Below, piece by piece: positions 22,765 to 39,349 of a stretch of DNA of 64,000 nt (the first letter of the stretch is position 1; the number at the start of each line of letters is the position of its first letter). The DNA lies in the NCBI GenBank assembly GCA_009103225.1, contig RHPI01003330.1, positions 648,730-712,729 of the forward strand, in the 5' to 3' direction. This stretch comes from Chlorokybus atmophyticus. Lineage: Eukaryota > Plantae > Mesostigma and Chlorokybus algae. The notes under the pieces are model-generated. The model was not told where the DNA came from and made no database searches. It saw nothing but the letters and a program-made list of their open reading frames with translations. The position numbers and the translations under genes are program-made.

Positions 22765-23631
22765 TTGCCAGCAGATATACAGACTGACTGTGCCGTTTTT
22801 CCGATCACCACAACAGGGGTTGACCAAGAGACAGATATTGCCAACAATGTTGCTTCGAGTACATCATCCCAAACAGCTGCGCCTGACCCCGCGTATCTCC
22901 TCGACCGCAAGAGCGAGAGCCTGGGTCAGATGCTGGCGAAGCTCGGCGGGGGCATCACCTCGCGCGACTGGGACAGGGACGGGGACAGGCAGGCGCCTGT
23001 GAAGCAGAGAGTGCTGCCGGATGGGTTTGAAGCTGAGGGGAACATGCGTGTACATGCGCAGGTGAGTGGCGTGGGAGTGGGAAGGCTGCATGTATGTGTA
23101 TGGGGAGGATGCACACGCACATGCATGCACATACCCATGTGCGCATTTTTGCGTGTGCATGCGTGACAGGGTCAGGCGTGTGCGTGTGCGTGCATCCCTG
23201 TGCTTGCATGCGTACACGTGCACACGTGCGCATGTGCATGTGTTTTGTATGTGTTTCACTGATATTGACTCGCTTGCCAGCGAAACCCGCGGGCGCCAAG
23301 GAAACACCAGCAAGAAGAGGACCCCGAACTGCACCGGTTGTCCGTTGAGCAATTGCAAGAGCTTTACGCGTTGTCGTGGCGGCAACACGACGCAAAGGCA
23401 CTCGCTGCCCGCTTTGAGGTGCGTAATTGTTGTTGCCTCTATACCACGCGCAAATGCAATCGTTCGGCATTTAGCAACTGACTGTTTGTATCATGTGTGG
23501 CTCTGCAGGTTGATGAGGCCACAGTCAAGCTTGTCCTGCAGCACACAGCGCTTCCGGTAGTCACCATGAAGAAAGATCGCAAGTGGGCTGTTGACCCCGC
23601 TGAGCAGTCCAACAATGGCGAACGAACTTAG
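22765..23631 (+). CDS. Multi-exon protein, possibly NDUFAF4/UPF0240-like (complex I assembly); start uncertain
   Basis: Clean GT-AG exons: 'DPAYLLDRKSESLGQMLAKLGGGITSR...RVHAQ' | 'RNPRAPRK...RLSVEQLQELYALSWRQHDAKALAARFE' | 'VDEATVKLVLQHTALP...ERT*'. The C-terminal helical pattern resembles UPF0240 proteins. Confidence 0.5.
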
Positions 23632-24229
23632 TCATATGTGGGCATGGGGTTGTGCTGTGTGCAGGACATGCGAGGTGCTATGGTGTCTGTTGAGCAGAAG
23701 ATCGCAGCTTTTCAGTTAAATGCAATGCCTGGTTGCTGGGCATACCATGGCAGGTGGCGGCTTTTGCGAGCACATGCACCCGTGATGTCTCATCGTTACG
23801 CGGTTCCTGTGCAGCCACAATCGCTGCGGCTGTTGTGTTGACAGATGCCACAGTAGGACCATGTCCTACGCAGGCTTTTGCGGACAGTTCCGTATTATAA
23901 CAAGATAGTAGTGTTAAGCATTAGACGAAGGTCTTCCACACGCAATGTTGGCAATATGCTATGCTTGGCACATGGTAGGGGCTGTGCGCATCCAATGTTT
24001 GGCCACACGATATACAACTGCGCATGCACATTTTGATACTAGCTGCGTACCATTTGGTGTCTAGCACATGCTTGCAGGTTCGTTTCACGGTTGTGTAGCT
24101 AGTCATGCTGCTTCGCGAGCAAAGATGAACTCCAGCATTGCAAGCAACATGCATGGCTGAGTGCATTCCAAGGTACAAACCCTCTAGCTGTGTGTGCAGC
24201 TACACCATAGGCATGCAGCCCAATTGCCC

Positions 24230-24870
24230 ACATTGCTGCGGCTCATCTGCTTTCTAGTCCTGTGCTATTGCTCCTGACGTCAGCCATACTGCCTTACAGA
24301 CGGGGCCATATTAGCTTGCTGTGAAAACATAATTTCTACAGCTACACAGCGACATGTGGTGATTATGACGAGCAGTTGCAAAGTCTACACAGACGGCAAT
24401 CATATTTAGGTTATCAGTGCATGCTGCTTGATTCCAATGCAGCAATCATCATGCGTAGGTTAAAACCTGCTTCAAGATAATGCCCATTCTTGCCTAGGAA
24501 GTTGCTGCAAGAGACTACTATCGTTGCAATGCATGCAGTGGACAACCATTACCACAGACATACACATGCCTAGCACAATAACAAAGGTCATCTGCGCAAC
24601 GGACGCGCCAACATGCACTCCATGACCACAATATGCATTAAGCCATACATGCAGCTGCACACACTTCAAAGACAGCTGCTGGTTTCAACGGTTTCAACAA
24701 CATACTGTAACCAACAGTGCCCCCCTTCTAACACAATTTATTGTCGTCGTCAGCACCATTCGTTTATTGTCATCGTCAGCACCAGCCCTTTTCCTTTTAG
24801 GTGATGTTGTGGCTATTACAAGCTGCCACAACGCCCTTTGCCGCAGCGTTGTCCTTGAAGTGCGCGACCA
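24230..24870 (-). pseudogene. Internally deleted, decayed copy of the CTNNBL1 gene
   Basis: 24234-24275 resembles 30302-30345 (last codons). 24275-24870 resembles 33140-33760 (intron 1 and exon 1), with shared strings 'gaagttgctgcaagagact', 'ttcaacggtttca' and 'gtcagcaccagccct'. Confidence 0.75.
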
Positions 24871-25044
24871 CACACAGCAACAACAACTATGGCCTAGGCA
24901 GATGCGTTGCCTGCGCCATACGAGCGTCAACAACCTTGTTTAAGTGCAAGGCGTCAGGCACAGGCAACAGGATTGCCCAGCGGGGAGGTGCGGGGGGCAA
25001 AGGCAGGCAGCGGAGATTGTTGTAGCGGTGCGGTGGGAAGTCTA

Positions 25045-25852
25045 AGGCTTACTAAGCAACGAGCTTACTCGGTAGGGAGCGTGAGCAGGGAGGCTTCCGC
25101 ATTGTCCGTCTCCACTTTGGCTGCCCTTAAGGATGGAAACGAAAAGCCTGGCAGGTGGTGGACGAGCGCGAAAAACCCCACGTGATCGTCGGCTTAGGTT
25201 GCAGCCTGCACCTCCTCATGGTTGGAGGGAGTTCTTTTAGCGAATAGTGTTGGTGGCAACCACGGGTGTTATTCGCATTTATTTAGCTCAAAAACATTGA
25301 GCGAGAAATGTGTTGTTTCTTTAAAACACATCCAACGCGGGATGTACCAGTCTCCAAAAAAACCACGGAATTCAAAACAAGAGGAATGCGCGATGCCTCA
25401 ACAACATAAGAAGGGCATTGCGTGATTGAGGCCTGTTGTTTAGTCCCGTCGCCTAGCAGGCTTACTATGTGGGGAGCTTACTCCGTAGGGAGCGTGCAGC
25501 AGGGAGGCTTCCGCATCGTCCATCTTCGCTTCAGTTGCCCTTGAGGATGGAAATGAAAAGTGCGACAGGTAACAGATGAGCGCAGGCAATCCCATGATCG
25601 TCGGCTCCCGCTGCTGCCTACACCTCCTCCTCGTAATTGGAGGGAGTTTTTACAACAGATAGTATTAATGGCAATCGCAAGTGCACTTGTGTTTTGTTAG
25701 CTGAAAAAACATTGAGCGAGGGATGTGTCATTCTTTAAAACACACGTAATGAAGCGTGTACTAGGTTTTTAAAAGCATACAAAACTTGGACAGAGGAATG
25801 CGCGGTGCCTCAGCAAAGATTGGAAAGGGATTGCGTGATTTGGGCCTATTAC
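25045..25852. repeat. Diverged tandem duplication, two units of ~413 bp
   Basis: 'gcttactc.gtagggagcgtg..cagggaggcttccgcat' at 25063 and 25476. Shared 'aaaacattgagcgag', 'ctttaaaacaca', 'agaggaatgcgcg' and 'attgcgtgatt' occur at a near-constant offset. Confidence 0.9.
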
Positions 25853-26205
25853 GAGCAACCGGTCTACATGGGACCCCCTACTCACTCTTCTTCAAGACCT
25901 TGAAGGTGAGAACAGCGTCAGCATGTCATCTATTGACGTTGTTCTATCTCATTATATTGCGCTACTACACATGGCACGTGGAGTGCGTGCGGGTGAGGGA
26001 TTCCCTCATTTTTGAAAAGTGTTTGTTACCTTGTGGAAATGATACATTGAGTAATACTTGGCCCGCAATCAATATTTCGTGACTTTCAAGGGCTTTATTC
26101 TCCTTTTACGATAAAGATTGAATGCTCATATTATAAGAGTGTGCTATACTAATCGTACGTTTCTCGTGTCATATACAATTGTACAGCGTACAATCAGTAT
26201 CATAT

Positions 26206-26284
26206 AATAAAGATCGTAGCATGCTGTATTAAACAATTATCGTGTGCTAATGCATTGACAATGCAGCATGGTACGATCTTTATT
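26206..26284. repeat. 25-bp imperfect hairpin (one mismatch, one G-U) with 29-nt loop
   Basis: aataaagatcgtagcatgctgtatt (26206-26230) pairs with aatgcagcatggtacgatctttatt (26260-26284). Confidence 0.85.
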
Positions 26285-27212
26285 ACACGATAAAGATCGT
26301 TCAATGCTTGCGAATGCAAATTACAATAAAGAGTGCAAACGTCAGTGAAGGACATTTCTTACGCGGCGCAGCAGGATGCCGCACGTCGACGTCTACTTGC
26401 GTCGGCAACGCTGCCACGCTTGGTCATTATTGTCGGGACAGCCGCGCTTTGCATCATCCATATCACATCGTGACTTGCAACGTGAGCCATATATAGAGCT
26501 GTCAGGCAGCCCAACACGTGTGTATATGTACAATAACATCTGCCTTCTCCATGACACCACTGGCCAACCCAGAGCATGTGTAAGTGTGCATAGCAAGCTT
26601 GCAACAGTGGCTCTCTGCGTTGTCGCACGTAGAATGGCCATGGGCGATTGAACAAGTTGCAGTCATTACCATGTTGCGCTGCACCGGCTCACCGATATGC
26701 TAGCGGTCGTCTCCCTATGGCCCTCCTGGAGTAAAGGATGGCCGTAAAATGCCACCAAACATACCGCACATACGATCATGTTGCATCTCATGTGGCGGTG
26801 TTTCGCGGGATAGAATGGCTATACGAAGACGATTGCTAGGAGAACATTTATGATCATGAGTTAATAATAGCGACGCCAACTAGACTCATTGCGATTTTTT
26901 GCTTGCATCAATCGATATCCGCTGCGTCTTCTAAAGAGTCTTTTATTATCAAACCTACGGATAATACATCTGACTGCCATACTTGTACGGCTGCTGCGCA
27001 TGCTTTTAATTTAACCGGCAGTTTCAATGTTGCACCAATGTCGTACGAAAATTTGTTATATAATTATTGTGCAACAAGTTTATGTCTAAAGAGTGTTTCA
27101 ATAAGTATAAATATATATACTTACTTTAATGCTTAATTACTTCAAGTTATGGATGCCATTTTGTAACGCCTGTAGCAAAAGGCTAAAAAACATCCATCCA
27201 ACTGGGTTGCCA

Positions 27213-27257
27213 CAACTGCCAATGGCGCTCATACCGTATGAGCGCCATTGGCAGTTG
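27213..27257. repeat. Perfect 45-bp palindrome (22-bp arms, 1-nt centre)
   Basis: caactgccaatggcgctcatac-c-gtatgagcgccattggcagttg. Confidence 0.95.
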
Positions 27258-28600
27258 CTTAAGGTACGTTTGTTGCTTGGGTCGCTATCTGCGTAGTGTT
27301 GGCGTCGGCGGCATCTACCCTCGTAAGGTTGGGCAGATGGCCGACAAGGCGGGCGGTGGACGCCTTCACAACCTGAGGTTCTCCTCGCGGCCGCCTCCAT
27401 CGTCATTGCTGCCGACCATCGCAAAGACCACTCTTGTCGTGGCGCTCGCAGCCTGCTTGTGCACATGTACAGCCGCCGGCGAGCTCGCTTGCCCTTAGCG
27501 GGTCCGATCAAGTTGAATTGAATGTAAAGTAAGATGCAAATGGCGCAAAGCCTTTCAAAAAATAATCAAAAACAAAAAGGCCATTTACAATTGCAAAAGT
27601 GAGGTCTAGCTTACCAATGCCATACCACCTGCTGCACTGCTAAGCAAGCGTGGCATGCACATTCTTAGCACTTTATGCCGTACGTAGATCATATCAATTA
27701 AGGCCTTTGTATAATAAAATTCCAATGGTTAGTTTTTCCTTTTCAGATTGCCTTATATTAAAGTGCATGATTACACTTTAATTTGCTTAAGGGTGCAGGA
27801 GGATATCGTACAGCAACGCAAAGACAATGTCTTGTTAATATATGTTGGCACTCACTTGTGCAATCTTAAGACGACATGCGCAATAAACTGGCATACATGT
27901 CACATGCACATAGTGCACACCGAAGGTTGATGGCGACGTTACCATTGCCATCAAATCATATTGTTCATACAGATATATCACTTTCCTACGAATGTCTTCT
28001 TATAGGAAGACATTAAGAACACATTACATCAAGAATTTTTTTTTGGCAAAGTGATATTCATTCATCAAGACTTGCCATTATTGTCGTCGCACTATCTACC
28101 AATACACCTACTTAATATGATAACTTTTTGCCATGTCAGTGCATGCTAATGTGGTCAATTCAAAGTATATCCGCCGATACTAAGATAGTCATGATCTTAT
28201 CAATATCATTCACACCGCACATGTGTGTACACATTTTAGCGCATGTTTTTATTATGTAACAACATTTTCTTCTTAGCGCATATTGTAGTTTATGTAACAA
28301 CATTTACATACAGAAGTGATCGGGAACAGAATTCAAAATAACCTGTCACGCGCAATATGAATCAGTTGGAAAACGGACTCACGAAGTAGATTGTAATTGA
28401 CGGCGCGCTTTGGGCGCTATACAGTTGTGACACCAATCCGCTTAATTACAATGTACCCCTATTGAACGACCTCGCTTCAAGTGAATAACCTCCTTAAAGC
28501 TCACATGCACGAAAATGCATGTGAGCATTGATGCAATGTGGCCCATTCAGCCAATAATGCATGGCATTAAACACTGACTTGCGCATACCAAGCGCAAGTC

Positions 28601-30127
28601 ATGGCATTCCCCCTCCTCTTGTTTATACACACTCACCCAACCTACCCTGTCTCTTGCAGCCAGCCAACACCTCTCCCTCACAACATTATTGTGTCCCCGC
28701 CTCCCCACATGTACCCTTCACCTCCTCCTCCTCCTCCTCCTTTCCTCCCTCTCCCTCTCCCTCGCCTTGGACTCCCTGTGCACCCCGATCGACCCTGTCC
28801 GCTACCTGGCGCGCAACCTGACGGTTGTGTGTACTACACGGTAGTACCCGCGGCTGTACCTGGAGTCATTCGAGTACAAGCCGTGCAAGAATGACTGTAT
28901 CATGGGCTAAATACAGACGAATGGGATGTATAAGGTGAGGGTGGAGGCGTGTATCCGCGTCTCTGTATGTGCGCGCGCGTGCTTATGAGTGAGTATGTGT
29001 GCATGGGTAAGTGGTTGCACACGCACACGTCGGCACACGTCAGTCTCTGTGCATGCGAGTACATGTGTGCCCAATCGTGCGTACGTGAGCATGCAAGTCG
29101 CAGATCTTTGACGCTTTGCACCCTTGTTCCCCAATACACTTAACCTACATGTGCACACTCACGCATGTGGACTTCAGGGCCTCCGCAGTGGTCTTGTGCG
29201 CGTGTGGTCGCGTATCCGGGTCCCCGCTGGCGCCACAACCGTCGGCAGCTTTGGCGTGCAACTAGTCTACAGCAGCAACGGCAAGGCTGCTTGTTGCCGT
29301 TGCAGACACAAGCACTGGGGTGAGTGTACATGTGTGTGCATGTGGCTCGTGGAGTCTACTAACTTATGACTTGCGTGTGCGTGTCAGAGCATGATTGGGC
29401 CACTGTCCCTGGCGTGTACTAGGGTCTCGCGGCCTTCGACGCTACGGAAAGGAGTCCCTGTGGAGCGTGGATCTCCGCACCACTCTCACTCGCACAGCAA
29501 AGGTACATGTGTGATGACAAGACATGGCACACAAAACCCATCAAGCACATTGTTACCACACCCGCATTGATGCGTGCACACATACAACACTTAATGCCAC
29601 CAGGATCCGTCCCCACACTACCAATAACGTGGTGGCCGCCCCGGATGGCACCGCCTACATCACGGACCCATTGAAGATGGAGAGGGTTGCGTGGAAGGCA
29701 CTGCTATTTGCTTGTGCAGTGTGTTGTGTGGGAGTCTGTTGAAGTGGCATGGCACAATGAGGTTGTGGACAACGTGTGCGTGTTGATAATGTCTTGCCAA
29801 GCTATGACACGAGCTGAAAGCCAAGCAAAGCGGCACAGACACAACATTCTTGCCAATCAAGGCGCAAGGGCTTTACCAAAGATAGAAGACAACATTGTTG
29901 GACAAGGTGATACAAAGGCAATGATAGTGGCTGTGACATCTACGCTGCTGACTAATGTCGCACTAGTACCATGTTTTGTAACTCGCGGGGACATGTTATT
30001 CGACAGCAAGTATCAGGGTCAGGTGAAGCATCAAACAAGGTTTGGGTTACACCTTGTGAGTGCCATACGCGGGTTGTGCATCGGTTGTTGCAATTTGTCT
30101 TTCGACAACTTGCACTCCCACACTTGA
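28601..30127 (+). CDS. Putative multi-exon gene with an N-terminal poly-proline segment; function unknown
   Basis: Candidate exons: 'SPPPHMYPSPPPPPPPFLPLP...DGCVYYT', 'GLRSGLVRVWSRIRVPAGATTVGSFGVQLVYSSNG', 'NNVVAAPDGTAYITDPLKMER', 'IVGQGDTKAMIVAVTSTLLTNVALVPCFV'. Splicing not fully resolved. Confidence 0.35.
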
Positions 30128-30300
30128 CGCTAGCATGCTAGGTACCGCGCACAAAGTGCACCGAAGCTTGTAGCGTAGTAGATTGTGTCGCTGGCCGTAT
30201 TGCTTGTGCAGTGCGCATTTCCCAAACTCAGGCATGCAATATGTACCTGTGCGCATATGAGTGCTTTTTAGATATACACTTTGAAGGCAAGTAGTACACA

Positions 30301-33300
30301 CTACTGCTGTGGCTCATCTGCTTCCTGCTCTTGCTGCTGCTCTTGCTGCCGCTCTGTTGCCGACTCAAGGCCAGCGATGAGTTTCTCCACGCTCTTGACT
30401 CTGCGATCGCGCTCCTCCTCGCCACCAACGTCCCCGATGTTGCCTCGGTACTCGCTCAGGACAGCAGTGATGTCATCAAGAGAGGCGCCCTGCTGGTGCA
30501 GCAGCAGCCGGATGCGCGCGCGGATGCCCGTGTGCTCTGCAGCCCACACGTGGCCTGCGATTAGAGCGACCAGCTGCAGAGTGTACAGGCCCTTGTCAAG
30601 CCTTGCCAGGTACTTCTCATCCTCGTCAAGCTCGTCCTCCTCCTTGGCCTCCTGTGCAGCTTGCCGCTGCTCCTCTGCACGCACCTGTGCACAGCAACAA
30701 ACCCAATGTCAGCACGCATGCAAGCTCACATGCGCACAGACACACAAGCGCGCGTGCACGTTCTGCACGCAAACTGAGATATGTAGAAGCTAAATGACGA
30801 TAACATATACCTTTGCTGCGTATTTAAAGTACAGCTCTAACAACCGGTCAACTTTCTCATACTCGCTTTCCACAAACTTGCTTGCCAACCGATCTCTCCT
30901 TGTGCCGCGTGACACATTGCCAAACAGCGAGCTGGTTGAAACGCGAGATGAAGTGTTGTCACAATGTCAACAAGACGTTTTCCTAGGAAGGCGGAACCCA
31001 ATTGCATTGCAAACTCACCTGATCATGGATACGGCGCGCTCCTCATCTTCATCCGAGTTGTCGACTGTGCGCTTGCCTTTGGGCTTCCCCTTGCCCATAA
31101 AGATGGAAAACACCGTCTTGAGACCAAGCACATCTGCCAAGCAGCTAGAGTGTGAATGGACCTGCATACCATGTACTGTGTATGACATGTTGGATTGCAA
31201 TAACCACCAGAACAGCAAGTCAAGACTAGAGGGCGTCAGTTTGTCAGAGGTGAAAAGTAGTTCTCAGCAAAGCACTGAGGCACTCAGCTCCAAAATGCGT
31301 CATCAATCGCCCAGATCATGATCACGCTAATGATGTGTTGATGGTGCAACACTGATAGGGGTTGTAGCAACGCTTGAGTTGTACCTACGAAGTGATCGCA
31401 GGCAGGAGGGCAGGCTGTGAGGGCGAAATCGAGGGTCTTAACGGCCGCCACTCGGCACGAGCGCTTCTGCTTGATGATGATAATCATCAGCTCGATGCCT
31501 TCGGCCTTGACGAAGCGCACCTTGTTGTCCGCATGCATAACCAGACTGCACATTGAATCAAATAGGTTCTCCACCATCTCTTCCTCTTCGCCTGCTTCCG
31601 GGTCGTGGCTCTTGTATGCAGCTACAGCCTATTGTTGATAAAGTACATTGGTGACTTTATTGGGATGCATGCCAGTGGCAATAACAACAGGTAAGTGTAC
31701 TGGCAAGTGCACAATTCATGAAGGGTATGACCACACCTGTAACAAAGCGTCTACTCCATTCATGGAGCCAAGGCGCTTCTGATTGGCAGCATTGTCCTGC
31801 AGTAAAATGGCTAAAATCTCTGAAGCATACAGCTTGTTGCCGTCAAACTCTTTGGCTTTCAACCTATTCAGAAGCCATCGCAATATCCGCGTTTTCTCGC
31901 AAACTGTGGTTGCGACTTCTGGCCGCACTTCAACTAGATTCTCTGCAACATGGTGATGTCAACAACCACATTATATGCCAACATGCTGCGAGTGTCGTGA
32001 CACACATGTGTCTGTCCGCGCCGCAAACAACATACCAACAATGCTCAATGTGTTGAAAACGCATGTAGCTTCATCTGCAACTGACTCATCGAGGCGAGCG
32101 AGATTTGTGGTCAACATTTCCAGCGCCTGGTTTTCCAGTAGTGCGTCTACCAACAACTTGGCTTCTTCATCTGACTCTCCAATTGCGTCTTCATCAGTAA
32201 GCTCGCTGTCACCAAGTGTAGTAGTGTGAGTTTCAACCGGATGCGTTTGTGCACGAAGGTGCAGAGTCTCCATGTGATTTTCACTTCTGACATGACACAC
32301 CTTGGGGCTCACCGTATGAGATCCACAACGTCCATGGAGATGTCCGTGTTGTCATGGTTCAGGAGGCCAACAAGGCTGGTGACGGTGCCAAGTCGTACCA
32401 TCTCTGGGTACAACTCCTGCAATGCCAGCCACACCACTAAGCGCAAGTAGCCAAATTCAATCCATGCGCGATCCCTATGCAAGTGAGCTTGGCAGATTGG
32501 CAAATTACAGCTTGGCAGATTGGCAGATTACCATACCGGGGCTGTGGCGAGGGCGTGCAGCTTCTTGACCTGCGAGGAAAAGTTGTTATTCAAAGTACGC
32601 ATTGGGTGCATTGTGTGTGCAAAACACCCGAAACTCAGATTCAGCCATCACCTCTTCATCCAGATCTACTTCTGAGTCCATAAACCTGCACCACAGAGAA
32701 TCCAAACATAAGGTTACATTTCAACAATGCCCTGCGCCTGTGGTATAAACAATAATCATATGTTGGCACTGCAACGATGCAAACACTGATACACCTGCGT
32801 ACTTTTCTGGTTGGTCCATGTACTTCATGCGGGCTTCGAGATTCTCTTTGAACTGTCAGCACAAGATATGAGTTGCTGCTAAGCAACACATGGAACAAAC
32901 ACAAAATAAACCCATGAACACGTGCGCGCGCACACACATGCACACAGATAAACAAAATATGCTTGCACAGTAGCACGCATACCTTTCGCTCAAACGCAAG
33001 CACAAGGCGTTTGACCGCCCGAGAGTCCAAAGCTTCCGCAGGCCCGGCCTTGTCAACTGCTTCCAGAAGAGACAGATCAAACTCAGGACGAGGCGCCTTA
33101 GCAGGTGGAGGAGATGCCTGGCAGCAAGGCAAGTGGACAGGACGTCAGCGATGCTGGCTGGCTGTGGATACATATTATTATGGCCAAGCAACCAACACCA
33201 GTATGGAATGTGACTTGTTTGTTGCAGATGTGACGTGCTGTGAACATGGCGACCGCACTAAGTCATGAGTGCATGCTGCCTGATTCTGACGTACCAATCG

Positions 33301-33839
33301 TCGTGCATAGTTTAGTACTTGCTCCAATGCAATGCCCGTTCCCCACGCATGGTGATTGTATAAGTTAAGGTGAAGTTGCTGCAAGAGACTGTCGCCGTTG
33401 CAGTTGCATGCAACGGACACCGGTACCAGCAACATACACACGCCCAACACACTAGCAAGATAACCTGCGCAAATGTGCAGACATACTGCACGCTACTACA
33501 AGATGTTTTGCTCTACATTATACCTACACAATGATAGCTGCTCGATTCAACGGTTTCATTGCTAGCAAATCTCACAGCTGATGTACCTCCGCTGTATGTT
33601 CCTTGCATTACGTACACCAAAATGTTGTTGGCAAACCCCGACAGTGATACTGTCACTGTCAGCACCAGCCCTGCTCTCACTTGCTCAGGCGACGTTGTGG
33701 CTGCTGCAGGCTGCTCCTCCACCACCTCCGCGTCGTCCTCAAAATGCATAGCCATGCGCGCCCTGGCGTCATCAAACACCGCTGCGGCATCCCCCCCGCC
33801 CCCATCCCGCTTGCGCTTGGTCGCCATCGCCGCCGCCAT
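30301..33839 (-). CDS. CTNNBL1: Beta-catenin-like protein 1 (Prp19/NTC spliceosome-associated)
   Basis: 'KRLVLAFERK|YKENLEARMKYMDQPEK|FMDSEVDLDEEVKKL', 'LLNHDNTDISMDVVDLIRELTD', 'FDGNKLYASEILAILLQ', 'EEEEMVENLFDSMC', 'FVKAEGIELM', 'EKVDRLLELYFKY', 'YLARLDKGLYTLQL'. Confidence 0.96.
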
Positions 33840-33954
33840 GAATACCGCCGCCACCTGAGCTGAAAGCAGCAGCGCTAAGCAAAACAACACTTACCTCGCG
33901 TTCGAACTTGCTCTGTGTCTAAACGCCACGGGCGGCGGTGTCGTTGTGGGCGTC

Positions 33955-38155
<4,201 letters not shown>

Positions 38156-39349
38156 TCCATCCCAGTCAAGCTTGGCATTACTCACCTGACGTACCAACTT
38201 ATCACTGCGTTCCAAGCTTTGGGTGAGTACGGCCTTCCTTTGTGCGTGTTCCAGCTTTGAGGTTTCTCCACACCCATGAACGACCCTTCATTCATCCTTC
38301 ATCGGGGTAAAAGCTGATGTTGTGTGCAGGCTCACAGCTGACTGCAGCTGCTTGGCAACATGCACCGCCTGCACGCTTTGGGTGCGGCTTCTGTCAAGAT
38401 GCACACGCTGTGCTGCAAAGAGTGCCATTGCTAGCACAATGACATCTACGTTGATGGCAGTTTATGGAAGCATAAGCTCTGCACAGCGCTTTTCCAGCCG
38501 TCCATTGCAGATGTTCGGGCCTCAAAGCGGGCACGCATCAGGCGAGTGCGCAGTGGAGTATTCTGGCCAGCGGTACGTGTGTAGTTTGGCGCGTAGTGAT
38601 GGCCAGCTAGTGATGCGCAGTTAGCACCAAAACTACGTGTCAACGATGTGCTTGTGATGTTGGACATCTGCCGTGGGAGCGAAGTTTGTCTCGTACTTCA
38701 TGACAGTTTCCTGGTGTGCTTTATTAGAACCGCATGTATAGGATTGTGTATGAGACTCACACATGTAGGTTTGCGTGTATGCATTCCCTCTTGCATCTTT
38801 TGTACACACTTCCTGTGCATTCCTTGGTGATGCTATATGTACTGGGTAGGCAGGTACTGACATGTGCAGCAATGAAGCGCGTAAACGCATAGGAGCACAA
38901 TGTCGTGTCATCATGATGCCATGCTATGCCATGTGTGGGATGCGTGCCATGAGCGTGCTCAAGCATTAGGGCTGCATGCACATTCCCTCGACGATCTTTG
39001 TACACAAGCCACCATATGGCGCATCTGTACATGCGCATAGTTGTTCGGATGCTGCCTTGATTATGGCCAACAATGGTCACCAAGCGACGTACAACAGTCG
39101 CCAATGCACGCAAAGAGTTGTGGGCAGGGTCATGCACAGACTTGGCGTCCCTGGCTACATGATGCACGTTAGAACGGAAGATGACATTGCAAACCTCCAC
39201 TAGAGCATCTTCCAGGTACAGATGTAGTATCTTGTGTACACCCTGCACCGCTGCATGGCATTATGGATTATGGACTCGCTGTTACAAGCGCACTAAGAAG
39301 GATAACATGACACATTCACAATAACCAGGCAGCAGTTGATTAGCTGAAC

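Noticed and set aside
26850-27130. Minus-strand 'LKLPVKLKACAAA...' resembling a PIF1/Helitron helicase motif
   Set aside because: The similarity is too slight, lacks the TIHKSQG motif and is interrupted by stops.
38250-39300. Protein-like but stop-ridden frames between AFG2 and the IMPase
   Set aside because: Possibly an old relic, but no identifiable motif supports a call.
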